From Nemertoderma westbladi (Eukaryota; Animalia; Xenacoelomorpha), in the NCBI GenBank assembly GCA_032718475.1, contig JAUCBJ010001489.1:47370-111369 (forward strand): DNA of 64,000 bases, in the 5' to 3' direction. A program made the translations under genes and the position numbers. The notes beneath the pieces were generated by a model that was given only the letters and a program-made list of their open reading frames with translations, had not been told where the DNA came from and made no database searches. Shown one piece after another: positions 41,001-56,000 of the stretch (positions are counted from its first letter, which is position 1; the number at the start of each line of letters is the position of its first letter).

Positions 41001-44000
41001 ATTACAAGTAAACCATCCGTTCCCAGTTCAAACAGTTTGATTGAAATATAAAAAATAATTACAAGTAAACCATCCGTTCTGAGTTCAAACAGTTTGATTG
41101 AAATATAAGAATAATTACAAGTAAACCATCCGTTCCGAGTTCAAACAGTTTGATTGAAATATAAAAAATAATTACAAGTAAACCATCCGTTCCGAGTTCA
41201 AACAGTTTGATTGAAATATAAAAATAATTACAAGTAAACCATCCGTTCTGAGTTCAAACAGTTTGACAGTTTGATTAAAATATAAAAATAATTACAAGTA
41301 AACCATCCGTTCCGAGTTCAAACAGTTTGACAGTTTGATTGAAATATAAAAATAATTACAAGTAAACCATCCGTTCCGAGTTCAAACAGTTTGACAGTTT
41401 GATTGAAATATAAAAATAATTACAAGTAAACCATCCGTTCCGAGTTCAAACAGTTTGATTGAAATATAAAAATAATTACAAGTAAACCATCCGTTCCGTG
41501 TTCAAACAATTTGATTGAAATATAAAAAATAATTACAAGTAAACCATCCGTTCCGAGTTCAAACAATTTGATTGAAATATAAAAAATAATTACAAGTAAA
41601 CCATCCGTTCCGAGTTCAAACAGTTTGATTGAAATATAAAAACTAATTACAAGTAAACCATCCGTTCCGAGTTCAAACAGTTTGATTGAAATATAAAAAT
41701 AATTACAAGTAAACCATCCGTTCCGAGTTCAAACAGTTTGATTGAAATATAAAAAATAATTACAAGTAAACCATCCGTTCCGAGTTCAAACAGTTTGATT
41801 GAAATATAAAAAATAATTACAAGTAAACCATCCGTTCCGAGTTCAAACAGTTTGATTGAAATATAAAAAATAATTACAAGTAAACCATCCGTTCCGAGTT
41901 CAAACAGTTTGATTGAAATATAAAAAATAATTACAAGTAAACCATCCGTTCCGAGTTCAAACAGTTTGATTGAAATATAACAAATAATTACAAGTAAACC
42001 ATCTGTTCCGAGTTCAAACAGTTTGACAGTTTGATTGAAATATAAAAAATAATTACAAGTAAACCATCCTTTCCGAGTTCAAACAGTTTGATTGAAATAT
42101 AAAAATAATTACAAGTAAACCATCCGTTCCGAGTTCAAACAGTTTGATTGAAATATAAAAAATAATTACAAGTAAACCATCCGTTCCGAGTTCAAACAGT
42201 TTGATTGAAATATAAAAAATAATTACAAGTAAACCATCCGTTCCGAGTTCAAACAGTTTGATTGAAATATAAAAAATAATTACAAGTAAACCATCCGTTC
42301 CGAGTTCAAACAGTTTGATTGAAATATAAAAAATAATTACAAGTAAACCATCCTTTCCGAGTTCAAACAGTTTGATTGAAATATAAAAATAATTACAAGT
42401 AAACCATCCGTTCCAAGTTCAAAAAGTTTGATTGAAATATAAAAAATAATTACAAGTAAACCATCCGTTCCGAGTTCAAACAGTTTGATTGAAATATAAA
42501 AAATAATTACAAGTAAACCATCTGTTCCGAGTTCAAACAGTTTGACAGTTTGATTGAAATATAAAAAATAATTACAAATAAACCATCCGTTCCGAGTTCA
42601 AACAGTTTGATTGAAATATAAAAAATAATTACAAGTAAACCATCCGTTCCGAGTTCAAACAGTTTGATTGAAATATAAAAAATAATTACAAGTAAACCAT
42701 CCTTTCCGAGTTCAAACAGTTTGATTGAAATATAAAAAATAATTACAAGTAAACCATCCGTTCCAAGTTCAAACAGTTATGATTGAAATATAAAAAATAA
42801 TTACAAGTAAACCATCCTTTCCGAGTTCAAACAGTTTGATTGAAATATAAAAATAATTACAAGTAAACCATCCGTTCCAAGTTCAAACAGTTATGATTGA
42901 AATATAAAAAATAATTACAAGTAAACCATCCGTTCCGTGTTCAAACAGTTTGATTGAAATATAAAAAATAATTACAAGTAAACCATCCGTTCCGAGTTCA
43001 AACAGTTTGATTGAAATATAAAACTAATTACAAGTAAACCAACCGTTCTGAGTTCAAACATTTTGATTGAAATATAAAAAATAATTACAAGTAAACCATC
43101 CGTTCTGAGTTCAAACAGTTTGATTGAAATATAAAAATAATTACAAGTAAACCGTCCGTTCCGAGTTCAAACAGTTTGATTGAAATATAAAAAATAATTA
43201 CAAGTAAACCAACCGTTCTGAGTTCAAACATTTTGATTGAAATATAAAAAATAATTACAAGTAAACCTTCCGTTCCGAGTTCAAACAGTTTGATTGAAAT
43301 ATAAAAAATAATTACAAGTAAACCATCCGTTCCGTGTTCAAACAGTTTGATTGAAATATAAAAAATAATTACAAGTAAACCATCCGTTCCGAGTTCAAAC
43401 AGTTTGATTGAAATATAAAACTAATTACAAGTAAACCAACCGTTCTGAGTTCAAACATTTTGATTGAAATATAAAAAATAATTACAAGTAAACCATCCGT
43501 TCTGAGTTCAAACAGTTTGACAGTTTGATTGAAATATAAAAAATAATTACAAGTAAACCATCCTTTCCGAGTTCAAACAGTTTGATTGAAATATAAAAAT
43601 AATTACAAGTAAACCATCCGTTCCGAGTTCAAACAGTTTGATTGAAATATAAAAAATAATTACAAGTAAACCATCCGTTCTGAGTTCAAACAGTTTGACA
43701 GTTTGATTAAAATATAAAAATAATTACAAGTAAACCATCCGTTCCGAGTTCAAACAGTTTGACAGTTTGATTGAAATATAAAAATAATTACAAGTAAACC
43801 ATCCGTTCCGAGTTCAAACAGTTTGACAGTTTGATTGAAATATAAAAATAATTACAAGTAAACCATCCGTTCCGAGTTCAAACAATTTGATTGAAATATA
43901 AAAAATAATTACAAGTAAACCATCGGTTCCGAGTTCAAACAGTTTGATTGAAATATAAAAATAATTACAAGTAAACCATCCGTTCCGAGTTCAAACAGTT

Positions 44001-47000
44001 TGATTGAAATATAAAAAATAATTACAAGTAAACCATCCGTTCCGAGTTCAAACAGTTTGATTGAAATATAAAAAATAATTACAAGTAAACCATCCGTTCC
44101 AAGTTCAATCAGTTTGATTGAAATATAAAAAATAATTACAAGTAAACCATCCGTTCCGAGTTCAAACAGTTTGATTGAAATATAAAACTAATTACAAGTA
44201 AACCATCCGTTCCGAGTTCAAACAGTTTGATTGAAATATAAAAAATAATTACAAGTAAACCATCCGTTCCGAGTTCAAACAGTTTGATTGAAATATAAAA
44301 AATAATTACAAGTAAACCATCCGTTCCGAGTTCAAACAGTTTGATTGAAATATAAAAAATAATTACAAGTAAACCATCCTGTCCGAGTTCAAACAGTTTG
44401 ATTGAAATATAAAACTAATTACAAGTAAACCATCCGTTCCGAGTTCAAACAGTTTGATTGAAATATAAAAAATAATTACAAGTAAACCATCCGTTCCGAG
44501 TTCAAACAGTTTGATTGAAATATAAAAAATAATTACAAGTAAACCATCCGTTCCGAGTTCAAACAGTTTGATTGAAATATAAAAAATAATTACAAGTAAA
44601 CCATCCGTTCCGAGTTCAAACTGTTTGATTGAAATATAAAAACTAATTACAAGTAAACCATCCGTTCCGAGTTCAAACAGTTTGATTGAAATATAAAAAA
44701 TAAGTACAAGTAAACCATCCTGTCCGAGTTCAAACAGTTTGATTGAAATATAAAAACTAATTACAAGTAAACCATCCGTTCCGAGTTCAAACAGTTTGAT
44801 TGAAATATAAAACTAATTACAAGTAAACCATCCGTTCCGAGTTCAAACAGTTTGATTGAAATATAAAAAATAATTACAAGTAAACCATCCGTTCCGAGTT
44901 CAATCAGTTTGATTGAAATATAAAAAATAATTACAAGTAAACCATCCTGTCCGAGTTCAAACAGTTTGATTGAAATATAAAACTAATTACAAGTAAACCA
45001 TCCGTTCCGAGTTCAAACAGTTTGATTGAAATATAAAAAATAATTACAAGTAAACCATCCGTTCCGAGTTCAAACAGTTTGATTGAAATATAAAAAATAA
45101 TTACAAGTAAACCATCCTGTCCGAGTTCAAACAGTTTGATTGAAATATAAAACTAATTACAAGTAAACCATCCGTTCCGAGTTCAAACAGTTTGATTGAA
45201 ATATAAAAAATAATTACAAGTAAACCATCCGTTCCGAGTTCAAACAGTTTGATTGAAATATAAAAAATAATTACAAGTAAACCATCCGTTCCGAGTTCAA
45301 ACAGTTTGATTGAAATATAAAAAATAATTACAAGTAAACCATCCGTTCCGAGTTCAAACAGTTTGATTGAAATATAAAAAATAATTACAAGTAAACCATC
45401 CGTTCCGAGTTCAATCAGTTTGATTGAAATATAAAAAATAATTACAAGTAAACCATCCTGTCCGAGGTCAAACAGTTTGATTGAAATATAAAACTAATTA
45501 CAAGTAAACCATCCGTTCCGAGTTCAAACAGTTTGATTGAAATATAAAAAATAATTACAAGTAAACCATCCGTTCCGAGTTCAATCAGTTTGATTGAAAT
45601 AAAAAAAATAATTACAAGTAAACCATCCTGTCCGAGTTCAAACAGTTTGATTGAAATATAAAACTAATTACAAGTAAACCATCCGTTCCGAGTTCAAACA
45701 GTTTGATTGAAATATAAAAAATAATTACAAGTAAACCATCCGTTCCGAGTTCAAACAGTTTGATTGAAATATAAAAAATAATTACAAGTAAACCATCCTG
45801 TCCGAGTTCAAACAGTTTGATTGAAATATAAAACTAATTACAAGTAAACCATCCGTTCCGAGTTCAAACAGTTTGATTGAAATATAAAAAATAATTACAA
45901 GTAAACCATCCGTTCCGAGTTCAAACAGTTTGATTGAAATATAAAAAATAATTACAAGTAAACCATCCGTTCCGAGTTCAAACAGTTTGATTGAAATATA
46001 AAAAATAATTACAAGTAAACCATCCGTTCCGAGTTCAAACAGTTTGATTGAAATATAAAAAATAATTACAAGTAAACCATCCGTTCCGAGTTCAAACAGT
46101 TTGATTGAAATATAAAAAATAATTACAAGTAAACCATCCTGTCCGAGTTCAAACAGTTTGATTGAAATATAAAACTAATTACAAGTAAACCATCCGTTCC
46201 GAGTTCAAACAGTTTGATTGAAATATAAAAAATAATTACAAGTAAACCATCCGTTCCGAGTTCAAACAGTTTGATTGAAATATAAAAAATAATTACAAGT
46301 AAACCATCCGTTCCGAGTTCAAACAGTTTGATTGAAATATAAAAAATAATTACAAGTAAACCATCCGTTCCGAGTTCAAACTGTTTGATTGAAATATAAA
46401 AACTAATTACAAGTAAACCATCCGTTCCGAGTTCAAACAGTTTGATTGAAATATAAAAAATAAGTACAAGTAAACCATCCTGTCCGAGTTCAAACAGTTT
46501 GATTGAAATATAAAAACTAATTACAAGTAAACCATCCGTTCCGAGTTCAAACAGTTTGATTGAAATATAAAACTAATTACAAGTAAACCATCCGTTCCGA
46601 GTTCAAACAGTTTGATTGAAATATAAAAAATAATTACAAGTAAACCATCCGTTCCGAGTTCAATCAGTTTGATTGAAATATAAAAAATAATTACAAGTAA
46701 ACCATCCTGTCCGAGTTCAAACAGTTTGATTGAAATATAAAACTAATTACAAGTAAACCATCCGTTCCGAGTTCAAACAGTTTGATTGAAATATAAAAAA
46801 TAATTACAAGTAAACCATCCGTTCCGAGTTCAAACAGTTTGATTGAAATATAAAAAATAATTACAAGTAAACCATCCTGTCCGAGTTCAAACAGTTTGAT
46901 TGAAATATAAAACTAATTACAAGTAAACCATCCGTTCCGAGTTCAAACAGTTTGATTGAAATATAAAAAATAATTACAAGTAAACCATCCGTTCCGAGTT

Positions 47001-50000
47001 CAAACAGTTTGATTGAAATATAAAAAATAATTACAAGTAAACCATCCGTTCCGAGTTCAAACAGTTTGATTGAAATATAAAAAATAATTACAAGTAAACC
47101 ATCCGTTCCGAGTTCAAACAGTTTGATTGAAATATAAAAAATAATTACAAGTAAACCATCCGTTCCGAGTTCAATCAGTTTGATTGAAATATAAAAAATA
47201 ATTACAAGTAAACCATCCTGTCCGAGGTCAAACAGTTTGATTGAAATATAAAACTAATTACAAGTAAACCATCCGTTCCGAGTTCAAACAGTTTGATTGA
47301 AATATAAAAAATAATTACAAGTAAACCATCCGTTCCGAGTTCAATCAGTTTGATTGAAATAAAAAAAATAATTACAAGTAAACCATCCTGTCCGAGTTCA
47401 AACAGTTTGATTGAAATATAAAACTAATTACAAGTAAACCATCCGTTCCGAGTTCAAACAGTTTGATTGAAATATAAAAAATAATTACAAGTAAACCATC
47501 CGTTCCGAGTTCAAACAGTTTGATTGAAATATAAAAAATAATTACAAGTAAACCATCCTGTCCGAGTTCAAACAGTTTGATTGAAATATAAAACTAATTA
47601 CAAGTAAACCATCCGTTCCGAGTTCAAACAGTTTGATTGAAATATAAAAAATAATTACAAGTAAACCATCCGTTCCGAGTTCAAACAGTTTGATTGAAAT
47701 ATAAAAAATAATTACAAGTAAACCATCCGTTCCGAGTTCAAACAGTTTGATTGAAATATAAAAAATAATTACAAGTAAACCATCCGTTCCGAGTTCAAAC
47801 AGTTTGATTGAAATATAAAAACTAATTACAAGTAAACCATCCGTTCCGAGTTCAAACAGTTTGATTGAAATATAAAAAATAATTACAAGTAAACCATCCG
47901 TTCCGAGTTCAAACAGTTTGATTGAAATATAAAACTAATTACAAGTAAACCATCCGTTCCGAGTTCAAACAGTTTGATTGAAATATAAAAAATAATTACA
48001 AGTAAACCATCCGTTCCGAGTTCAAACAGTTTGATTGAAATATAAAAACTAATTACAAGTAAACCATCCGTTCCGAGTTCAAACAGTTTGATTGAAATAT
48101 AAAAAATAATTACAAGTAAACCATCCGTTCCGAGTTCAAACAGTTTGATTGAAATATAAAAACTAATTACAAGTAAACCATCCGTTCCGAGTTCAAACAG
48201 TTTGATTGAAATATAAAAAATAATTACAAGTAAACCATCCGTTCCGAGTTCAAACAGTTTGATTGAAATATAAAAAATAATTACAAGTAAACCATCCGTT
48301 CCGAGTTCAAACAGTTTGATTGAAATATAAAACTAATTACAAGTAAACCATCCGTTCCGAGTTCAAACAGTTTGATTGAAATATAAAACTAATTACAAGT
48401 AAACCATCCGTTCCGAGTTCAAACAGTTTGATTGAAATATAAAAACTAATTACAAGTAAACCATCCGTTCCGAGTTCAAACAGTTTGATTGAAATATAAA
48501 ACTAATTACAAGTAAACCATCCGTTCCGAGTTCAAACAGTTTGATTGAAATATAAAAAATAATTACAAGTAAACCATCCGTTCCGAGTTCAAACAGTTTG
48601 ATTGAAATATAAAAAATAATTACAAGTAAACCATCCGTTCCGAGTTCAAACAGTTTGATTGAAATATAAAACTAATTACAAGTAAACCATCCGTTCCGAG
48701 TTCAAACAGTTTGATTGAAATATAAAACTAATTACAAGTAAACCATCCGTTCCGAGTTCAAACAGTTTGATTGAAATATAAAACTAATTACAAGTAAACC
48801 ATCCGTTCCGAGTTCAAACAGTTTGATTGAAATATAAAAACTAATTACAAGTAAACCATCCGTTCCGAGTTCAAACAGTTTGATTGAAATATAAAACTAA
48901 TTACAAGTAAACCATCCGTTCCGAGTTCAAACAGTTTGATTGAAATATAAAAAATAATTACAAGTAAACCATCCGTTCCGAGTTCAAACAGTTTGATTGA
49001 AATATAAAAAATAATTACAAGTAAACCATCCGTTCCGAGTTCAAACAGTTTGATTGAAATATAAAAAATAATTACAAGTAAACCATCCGTTCCGAGTTCA
49101 AACAGTTTGATTGAAATATAAAAAATAATTACAAGTAAACCATCCGTTCCGAGTTCAAACAGTTTGATTGAAATATAAAAAATAATTACAAGTAAACCAT
49201 CCGTTCCGAGTTCAAACAGTTTGATTGAAATATAAAACTAATTACAAGTAAACCATCCGTTCCGAGTTCAAACAGTTTGATTGAAATATAAAACTAATTA
49301 CAAGTAAACCATCCGTTCCGAGTTCAAACAGTTTGATTGAAATATAAAAAATAATTACAAGTAAACCATCCGTTCCGAGTTCAAACAGTTTGATTGAAAT
49401 ATAAAAAATAATTACAAGTAAACCATCCGTTCCGAGTTCAAACAGTTTGATTGAAATATAAAAAATAATTACAAGTAAACCATCCGTTCCGAGTTCAAAC
49501 AGTTTGATTGAAATATAAAAAATAATTACAAGTAAACCATCCGTTCCGAGTTCAAACAGTTTGATTGAAATATAAAAAATAATTACAAGTAAACCATCCG
49601 TTCCGAGTTCAAACAGTTTGATTGAAATATAAAACTAATTACAAGTAAACCATCCGTTCCGAGTTCAAACAGTTTGATTGAAATATAAAACTAATTACAA
49701 GTAAACCATCCGTTCCGAGTTCAAACAGTTTGATTGAAATATAAAAAATAATTACAAGTAAACCATCCGTTCCGAGTTCAAACAGTTTGATTGAAATATA
49801 AAAAATAATTACAAGTAAACCATCCGTTCCGAGTTCAAACAGTTTGATTGAAATATAAAAAATAATTACAAGTAAACCATCCGTTCCGAGTTCAAACAGT
49901 TTGATTGAAATATAAAAACTAATTACAAGTAAACCATCCGTTCCGAGTTCAAACAGTTTGATTGAAATATAAAACTAATTACAAGTAAACCATCCGTTCC

Positions 50001-53000
50001 GAGTTCAAACAGTTTGATTGAAATATAAAAAATAATTACAAGTAAACCATCCGTTCCGAGTTCAAACAGTTTGATTGAAATATAAAAAATAATTACAAGT
50101 AAACCATCCTGTCCGAGTTCAAACAGTTTGATTGAAATATAAAAAATAATTACAAGTAAACCATCCGTTCCGAGTTCAAACAGTTTGATTGAAATATAAA
50201 AAATAATTACAAGTAAACCATCCGTTCCGAGTTCAAACAGTTTGATTGAAATATAAAAAATAATTACAAGTAAACCATCCGTTCCGAGTTCAAACAGTTT
50301 GATTGAAATATAAAAACTAATTACAAGTAAACCATCCGTTCCGAGTTCAAACAGTTTGATTGAAATATAAAAACTAATTACAAGTAAACCATCCGTTCCG
50401 AGTTCAAACAGTTTGATTGAAATATAAAAAATAATTACAAGTAAACCATCCGTTCCGAGTTCAAACAGTTTGATTGAAATATAAAAAATAATTACAAGTA
50501 AACCATCCGTTCCGAGTTCAAACAGTTTGATTGAAATATAAAAAATAATTACAAGTAAACCATCCGTTCCGAGTTCAAACAGTTTGATTGAAATATAAAA
50601 AATAATTACAAGTAAACCATCCGTTCCGAGTTCAAACAGTTTGATTGAAATATAAAAAATAATTACAAGTAAACCATCCGTTCCGAGTTCAAACAGTTTG
50701 ATTGAAATATAAAAAATAATTACAAGTAAACCATCCGTTCCGAGTTCAAACAGTTTGATTGAAATATAAAAACTAATTACAAGTAAACCATCCGTTCCGA
50801 GTTCAAACAGTTTGATTGAAATATAAAACTAATTACAAGTAAACCATCCGTTCCGAGTTCAAACAGTTTGATTGAAATATAAAAACTAATTACAAGTAAA
50901 CCATCCGTTCCGAGTTCAAACAGTTTGATTGAAATATAAAACTAATTACAAGTAAACCATCCGTTCCGAGTTCAAACAGTTTGATTGAAATATAAAAACT
51001 AATTACAAGTAAACCATCCGTTCCGAGTTCAAACAGTTTGATTGAAATATAAAAACTAATTACAAGTAAACCATCCGTTCCGAGTTCAAACAGTTTGATT
51101 GAAATATAAAAAATAATTACAAGTAAACCATCCGTTCCGAGTTCAAACAGTTTGATTGAAATATAAAAACTAATTACAAGTAAACCATCCGTTCCGAGTT
51201 CAAACAGTTTGATTGAAATATAAAAAATAATTACAAGTAAACCATCCGTTCCGAGTTCAAACAGTTTGATTGAAATATAAAAACTAATTACAAGTAAACC
51301 ATCCGTTCCGAGTTCAAACAGTTTGATTGAAATATAAAAACTAATTACAAGTAAACCATCCGTTCCGAGTTCAAACAGTTTGATTGAAATATAAAAACTA
51401 ATTACAAGTAAACCATCCGTTCCGAGTTCAAACAGTTTGATTGAAATATAAAAACTAATTACAAGTAAACCATCCGTTCCGAGTTCAAACAGTTTGATTG
51501 AAATATAAAAAATAATTACAAGTAAACCATCCGTTCCGAGTTCAAACAGTTTGATTGAAATATAAAAAATAATTACAAGTAAACCATCCGTTCCGAGTTC
51601 AAACAGTTTGATTGAAATATAAAAACTAATTACAAGTAAACCATCCGTTCCGAGTTCAAACAGTTTGATTGAAATATAAAAAATAATTACAAGTAAACCA
51701 TCCGTTCCGAGTTCAAACAGTTTGATTGAAATATAAAAACTAATTACAAGTAAACCATCCGTTCCGAGTTCAAACAGTTTGATTGAAATATAAAAACTAA
51801 TTACAAGTAAACCATCCGTTCCGAGTTCAAACAGTTTGATTGAAATATAAAAACTAATTACAAGTAAACCATCCGTTCCGAGTTCAAACAGTTTGATTGA
51901 AATATAAAAAATAATTACAAGTAAACCATCCGTTCCGAGTTCAAACAGTTTGATTGAAATATAAAAACTAATTACAAGTAAACCATCCGTTCCGAGTTCA
52001 AACAGTTTGATTGAAATATAAAACTAATTACAAGTAAACCATCCGTTCCGAGTTCAAACAGTTTGATTGAAATATAAAAACTAATTACAAGTAAACCATC
52101 CGTTCCGAGTTCAAACAGTTTGATTGAAATATAAAAAATAATTACAAGTAAACCATCCGTTCCGAGTTCAAACAGTTTGATTGAAATATAAAAAATAATT
52201 ACAAGTAAACCATCCGTTCCGAGTTCAAACAGTTTGATTGAAATATAAAAACTAATTACAAGTAAACCATCCGTTCCGAGTTCAAACAGTTTGATTGAAA
52301 TATAAAAAATAATTACAAGTAAACCATCCGTTCCGAGTTCAAACAGTTTGATTGAAATATAAAAACTAATTACAAGTAAACCATCCGTTCCGAGTTCAAA
52401 CAGTTTGATTGAAATATAAAAACTAATTACAAGTAAACCATCCGTTCCGAGTTCAAACAGTTTGATTGAAATATAAAACTAATTACAAGTAAACCATCCG
52501 TTCCGAGTTCAAACAGTTTGATTGAAATATAAAAAATAATTACAAGTAAACCATCCGTTCCGAGTTCAAACAGTTTGATTGAAATATAAAAACTAATTAC
52601 AAGTAAACCATCCGTTCCGAGTTCAAACAGTTTGATTGAAATATAAAACTAATTACAAGTAAACCATCCGTTCCGAGTTCAAACAGTTTGATTGAAATAT
52701 AAAAACTAATTACAAGTAAACCATCCGTTCCGAGTTCAAACAGTTTGATTGAAATATAAAAAATAATTACAAGTAAACCATCCGTTCCGAGTTCAAACAG
52801 TTTGATTGAAATATAAAAACTAATTACAAGTAAACCATCCGTTCCGAGTTCAAACAGTTTGATTGAAATATAAAACTAATTACAAGTAAACCATCCGTTC
52901 CGAGTTCAAACAGTTTGATTGAAATATAAAACTAATTACAAGTAAACCATCCGTTCCGAGTTCAAACAGTTTGATTGAAATATAAAAAATAATTACAAGT

Positions 53001-56000
53001 AAACCATCCGTTCCGAGTTCAAACAGTTTGATTGAAATATAAAAACTAATTACAAGTAAACCATCCGTTCCGAGTTCAAACAGTTTGATTGAAATATAAA
53101 ACTAATTACAAGTAAACCATCCGTTCCGAGTTCAAACAGTTTGATTGAAATATAAAAACTAATTACAAGTAAACCATCCTGTCCGAGTTCAAACAGTTTG
53201 ATTGAAATATAAAAACTAATTACAAGTAAACCATCCGTTCCGAGTTCAAACAGTTTGATTGAAATATAAAAACTAATTACAAGTAAACCATCCTGTCCGA
53301 GTTCAAACAGTTTGATTGAAATATAAAAACTAATTACAAGTAAACCATCCGTTCCGAGTTCAAACAGTTTGATTGAAATATAAAAAATAATTACAAGTAA
53401 ACCATCCGTTCCGAGTTCAAACAGTTTGATTGAAATATAAAAACTAATTACAAGTAAACCATCCTGTCCGAGTTCAAACAGTTTGATTGAAATATAAAAC
53501 TAATTACAAGTAAACCATCCGTTCCGAGTTCAAACAGTTTGATTGAAATATAAAAAATAATTACAAGTAAACCATCCGTTCAGAGTTCAAACAGTTTGAT
53601 TGAAATATAAAAAATAATTACAAGTAAACCATCCGTTCCGAGTTCAAACAGTTTGATTGAAATATAAAAACTAATTACAAGTAAACCATCCGTTCCGAGT
53701 TCAAACAGTTTGATTGAAATATAAAAAATAATTACAAGTAAACCATCCGTTCAGAGTTCAAACAGTTTGATTGAAATATAAAAACTAATTACAAGTAAAC
53801 CATCCTGTCCGAGTTCAAACAGTTTGATTGAAATATAAAAACTAATTACAAGTAAACCATCCTGTCCGAGTTCAAACAGTTTGATTGAAATATAAAAACT
53901 AATTACAAGTAAACCATCCTGTCCGAGTTCAAACAGTTTGATTGAAATATAAAAACTAATTACAAGTAAACCATCCGTTCCGAGTTCAAACAGTTTGATT
54001 GAAATATAAAAACTAATTACAAGTAAACCATCCTGTCCGAGTTCAAACAGTTTGATTGAAATATAAAAAATAATTACAAGTAAACCATCCGTTCCGAGTT
54101 CAAACAGTTTGATTGAAATATAAAAACTAATTACAAGTAAACCATCCTGTCCGAGTTCAAACAGTTTGATTGAAATATAAAAACTAATTACAAGTAAACC
54201 ATCCTGTCCGAGTTCAAACAGTTTGATTGAAATATAAAAAATAATTACAAGTAAACCATCCGTTACGAGTTCAAACAGTTTGATTGAAATATAAAAACTA
54301 ATTACAAGTAAACCATCCTGTCCGAGTTCAAACAGTTTGATTGAAATATAAAAAATAATTACAAGTAAACCATCCGTTACGAGTTCAAACAGTTTGATTG
54401 AAATATAAAAAATAATTACAAGTAAACCATCCGTTCCGAGTTCAAACAGTTTGATTGAAATATAAAAAATAATTACAAGTAAACCATCCGTTCCGAGTTC
54501 AAACAGTTTGATTGAAATATAAAAAATAATTACAAGTAAACCATCCGTTCCGAGTTCAAACAGTTTGATTGAAATATAAAAAATAATTACAAGTAAACCA
54601 TCCGTTCCGAGTTCAAACAGTTTGATTGAAATATAAAAAATAATTACAAGTAAACCATCCGTTCCGAGTTCAAACAGTTTGATTGAAATATAAAAACTAA
54701 TTACAAGTAAACCATCCGTTCCGAGTTCAAACAGTTTGATTGAAATATAAAACTAATTACAAGTAAACCATCCGTTCCAAGTTCAAACAGTTTGATTGAA
54801 ATATAAAACTAATTACAAGTAAACCATCCTGTCCGAGTTCAAACAGTTTGATTGAAATATAAAAACTAATTACAAGTAAACCATCCGTTCCGAGTTCAAA
54901 CAGTTTGATTGAAATATAAAACTAATTACAAGTAAACCATCCTGTCCGAGTTCAAACAGTTTGATTGAAATATAAAAACTAATTACAAGTAAACCATCCG
55001 TTCCGAGTTCAAACAGTTTGATTGAAATATAAAAACTAATTACAAGTAAACCATCCGTTCCGAGTTCAAACAGTTTGATTGAAATATAAAACTAATTACA
55101 AGTAAACCATCCTGTCCGAGTTCAAACAGTTTGATTGAAATATAAAAACTAATTACAAGTAAACCATCCGTTCCAAGTTCAAACAGTTTGATTGAAATAT
55201 AAAACTAATTACAAGTAAACCATCCTGTCCGAGTTCAAACAGTTTGATTGAAATATAAAAACTAATTACAAGTAAACCATCCGTTCCGAGTTCAAACAGT
55301 TTGATTGAAATATAAAACTAATTACAAGTAAACCATCCGTTCCAAGTTCAAACAGTTTGATTGAAATATAAAACTAATTACAAGTAAACCATCCTGTCCG
55401 AGTTCAAACAGTTTGATTGAAATATAAAAAATAATTACAAGTAAACCATCCGTTCCGAGTTCAAACAGTTTGATTGAAATATAAAAAATAATTACAAGTA
55501 AACCATCCGTTCCGAGTTCAAACAGTTTGATTGAAATATAAAACTAATTACAAGTAAACCATCCTGTCCGAGTTCAAACAGTTTGATTGAAATATAAAAA
55601 CTAATTACAAGTAAACCATCCGTTCCAAGTTCAAACAGTTTGATTGAAATATAAAACTAATTACAAGTAAACCATCCTGTCCGAGTTCAAACAGTTTGAT
55701 TGAAATATAAAAACTAATTACAAGTAAACCATCCGTTCCGAGTTCAAACAGTTTGATTGAAATATAAAACTAATTACAAGTAAACCATCCGTTCCAAGTT
55801 CAAACAGTTTGATTGAAATATAAAACTAATTACAAGTAAACCATCCTGTCCGAGTTCAAACAGTTTGATTGAAATATAAAAAATAATTACAAGTAAACCA
55901 TCCGTTCCGAGTTCAAACAGTTTGATTGAAATATAAAAAATAATTACAAGTAAACCATCCGTTCCGAGTTCAAACAGTTTGATTGAAATATAAAAACTAA

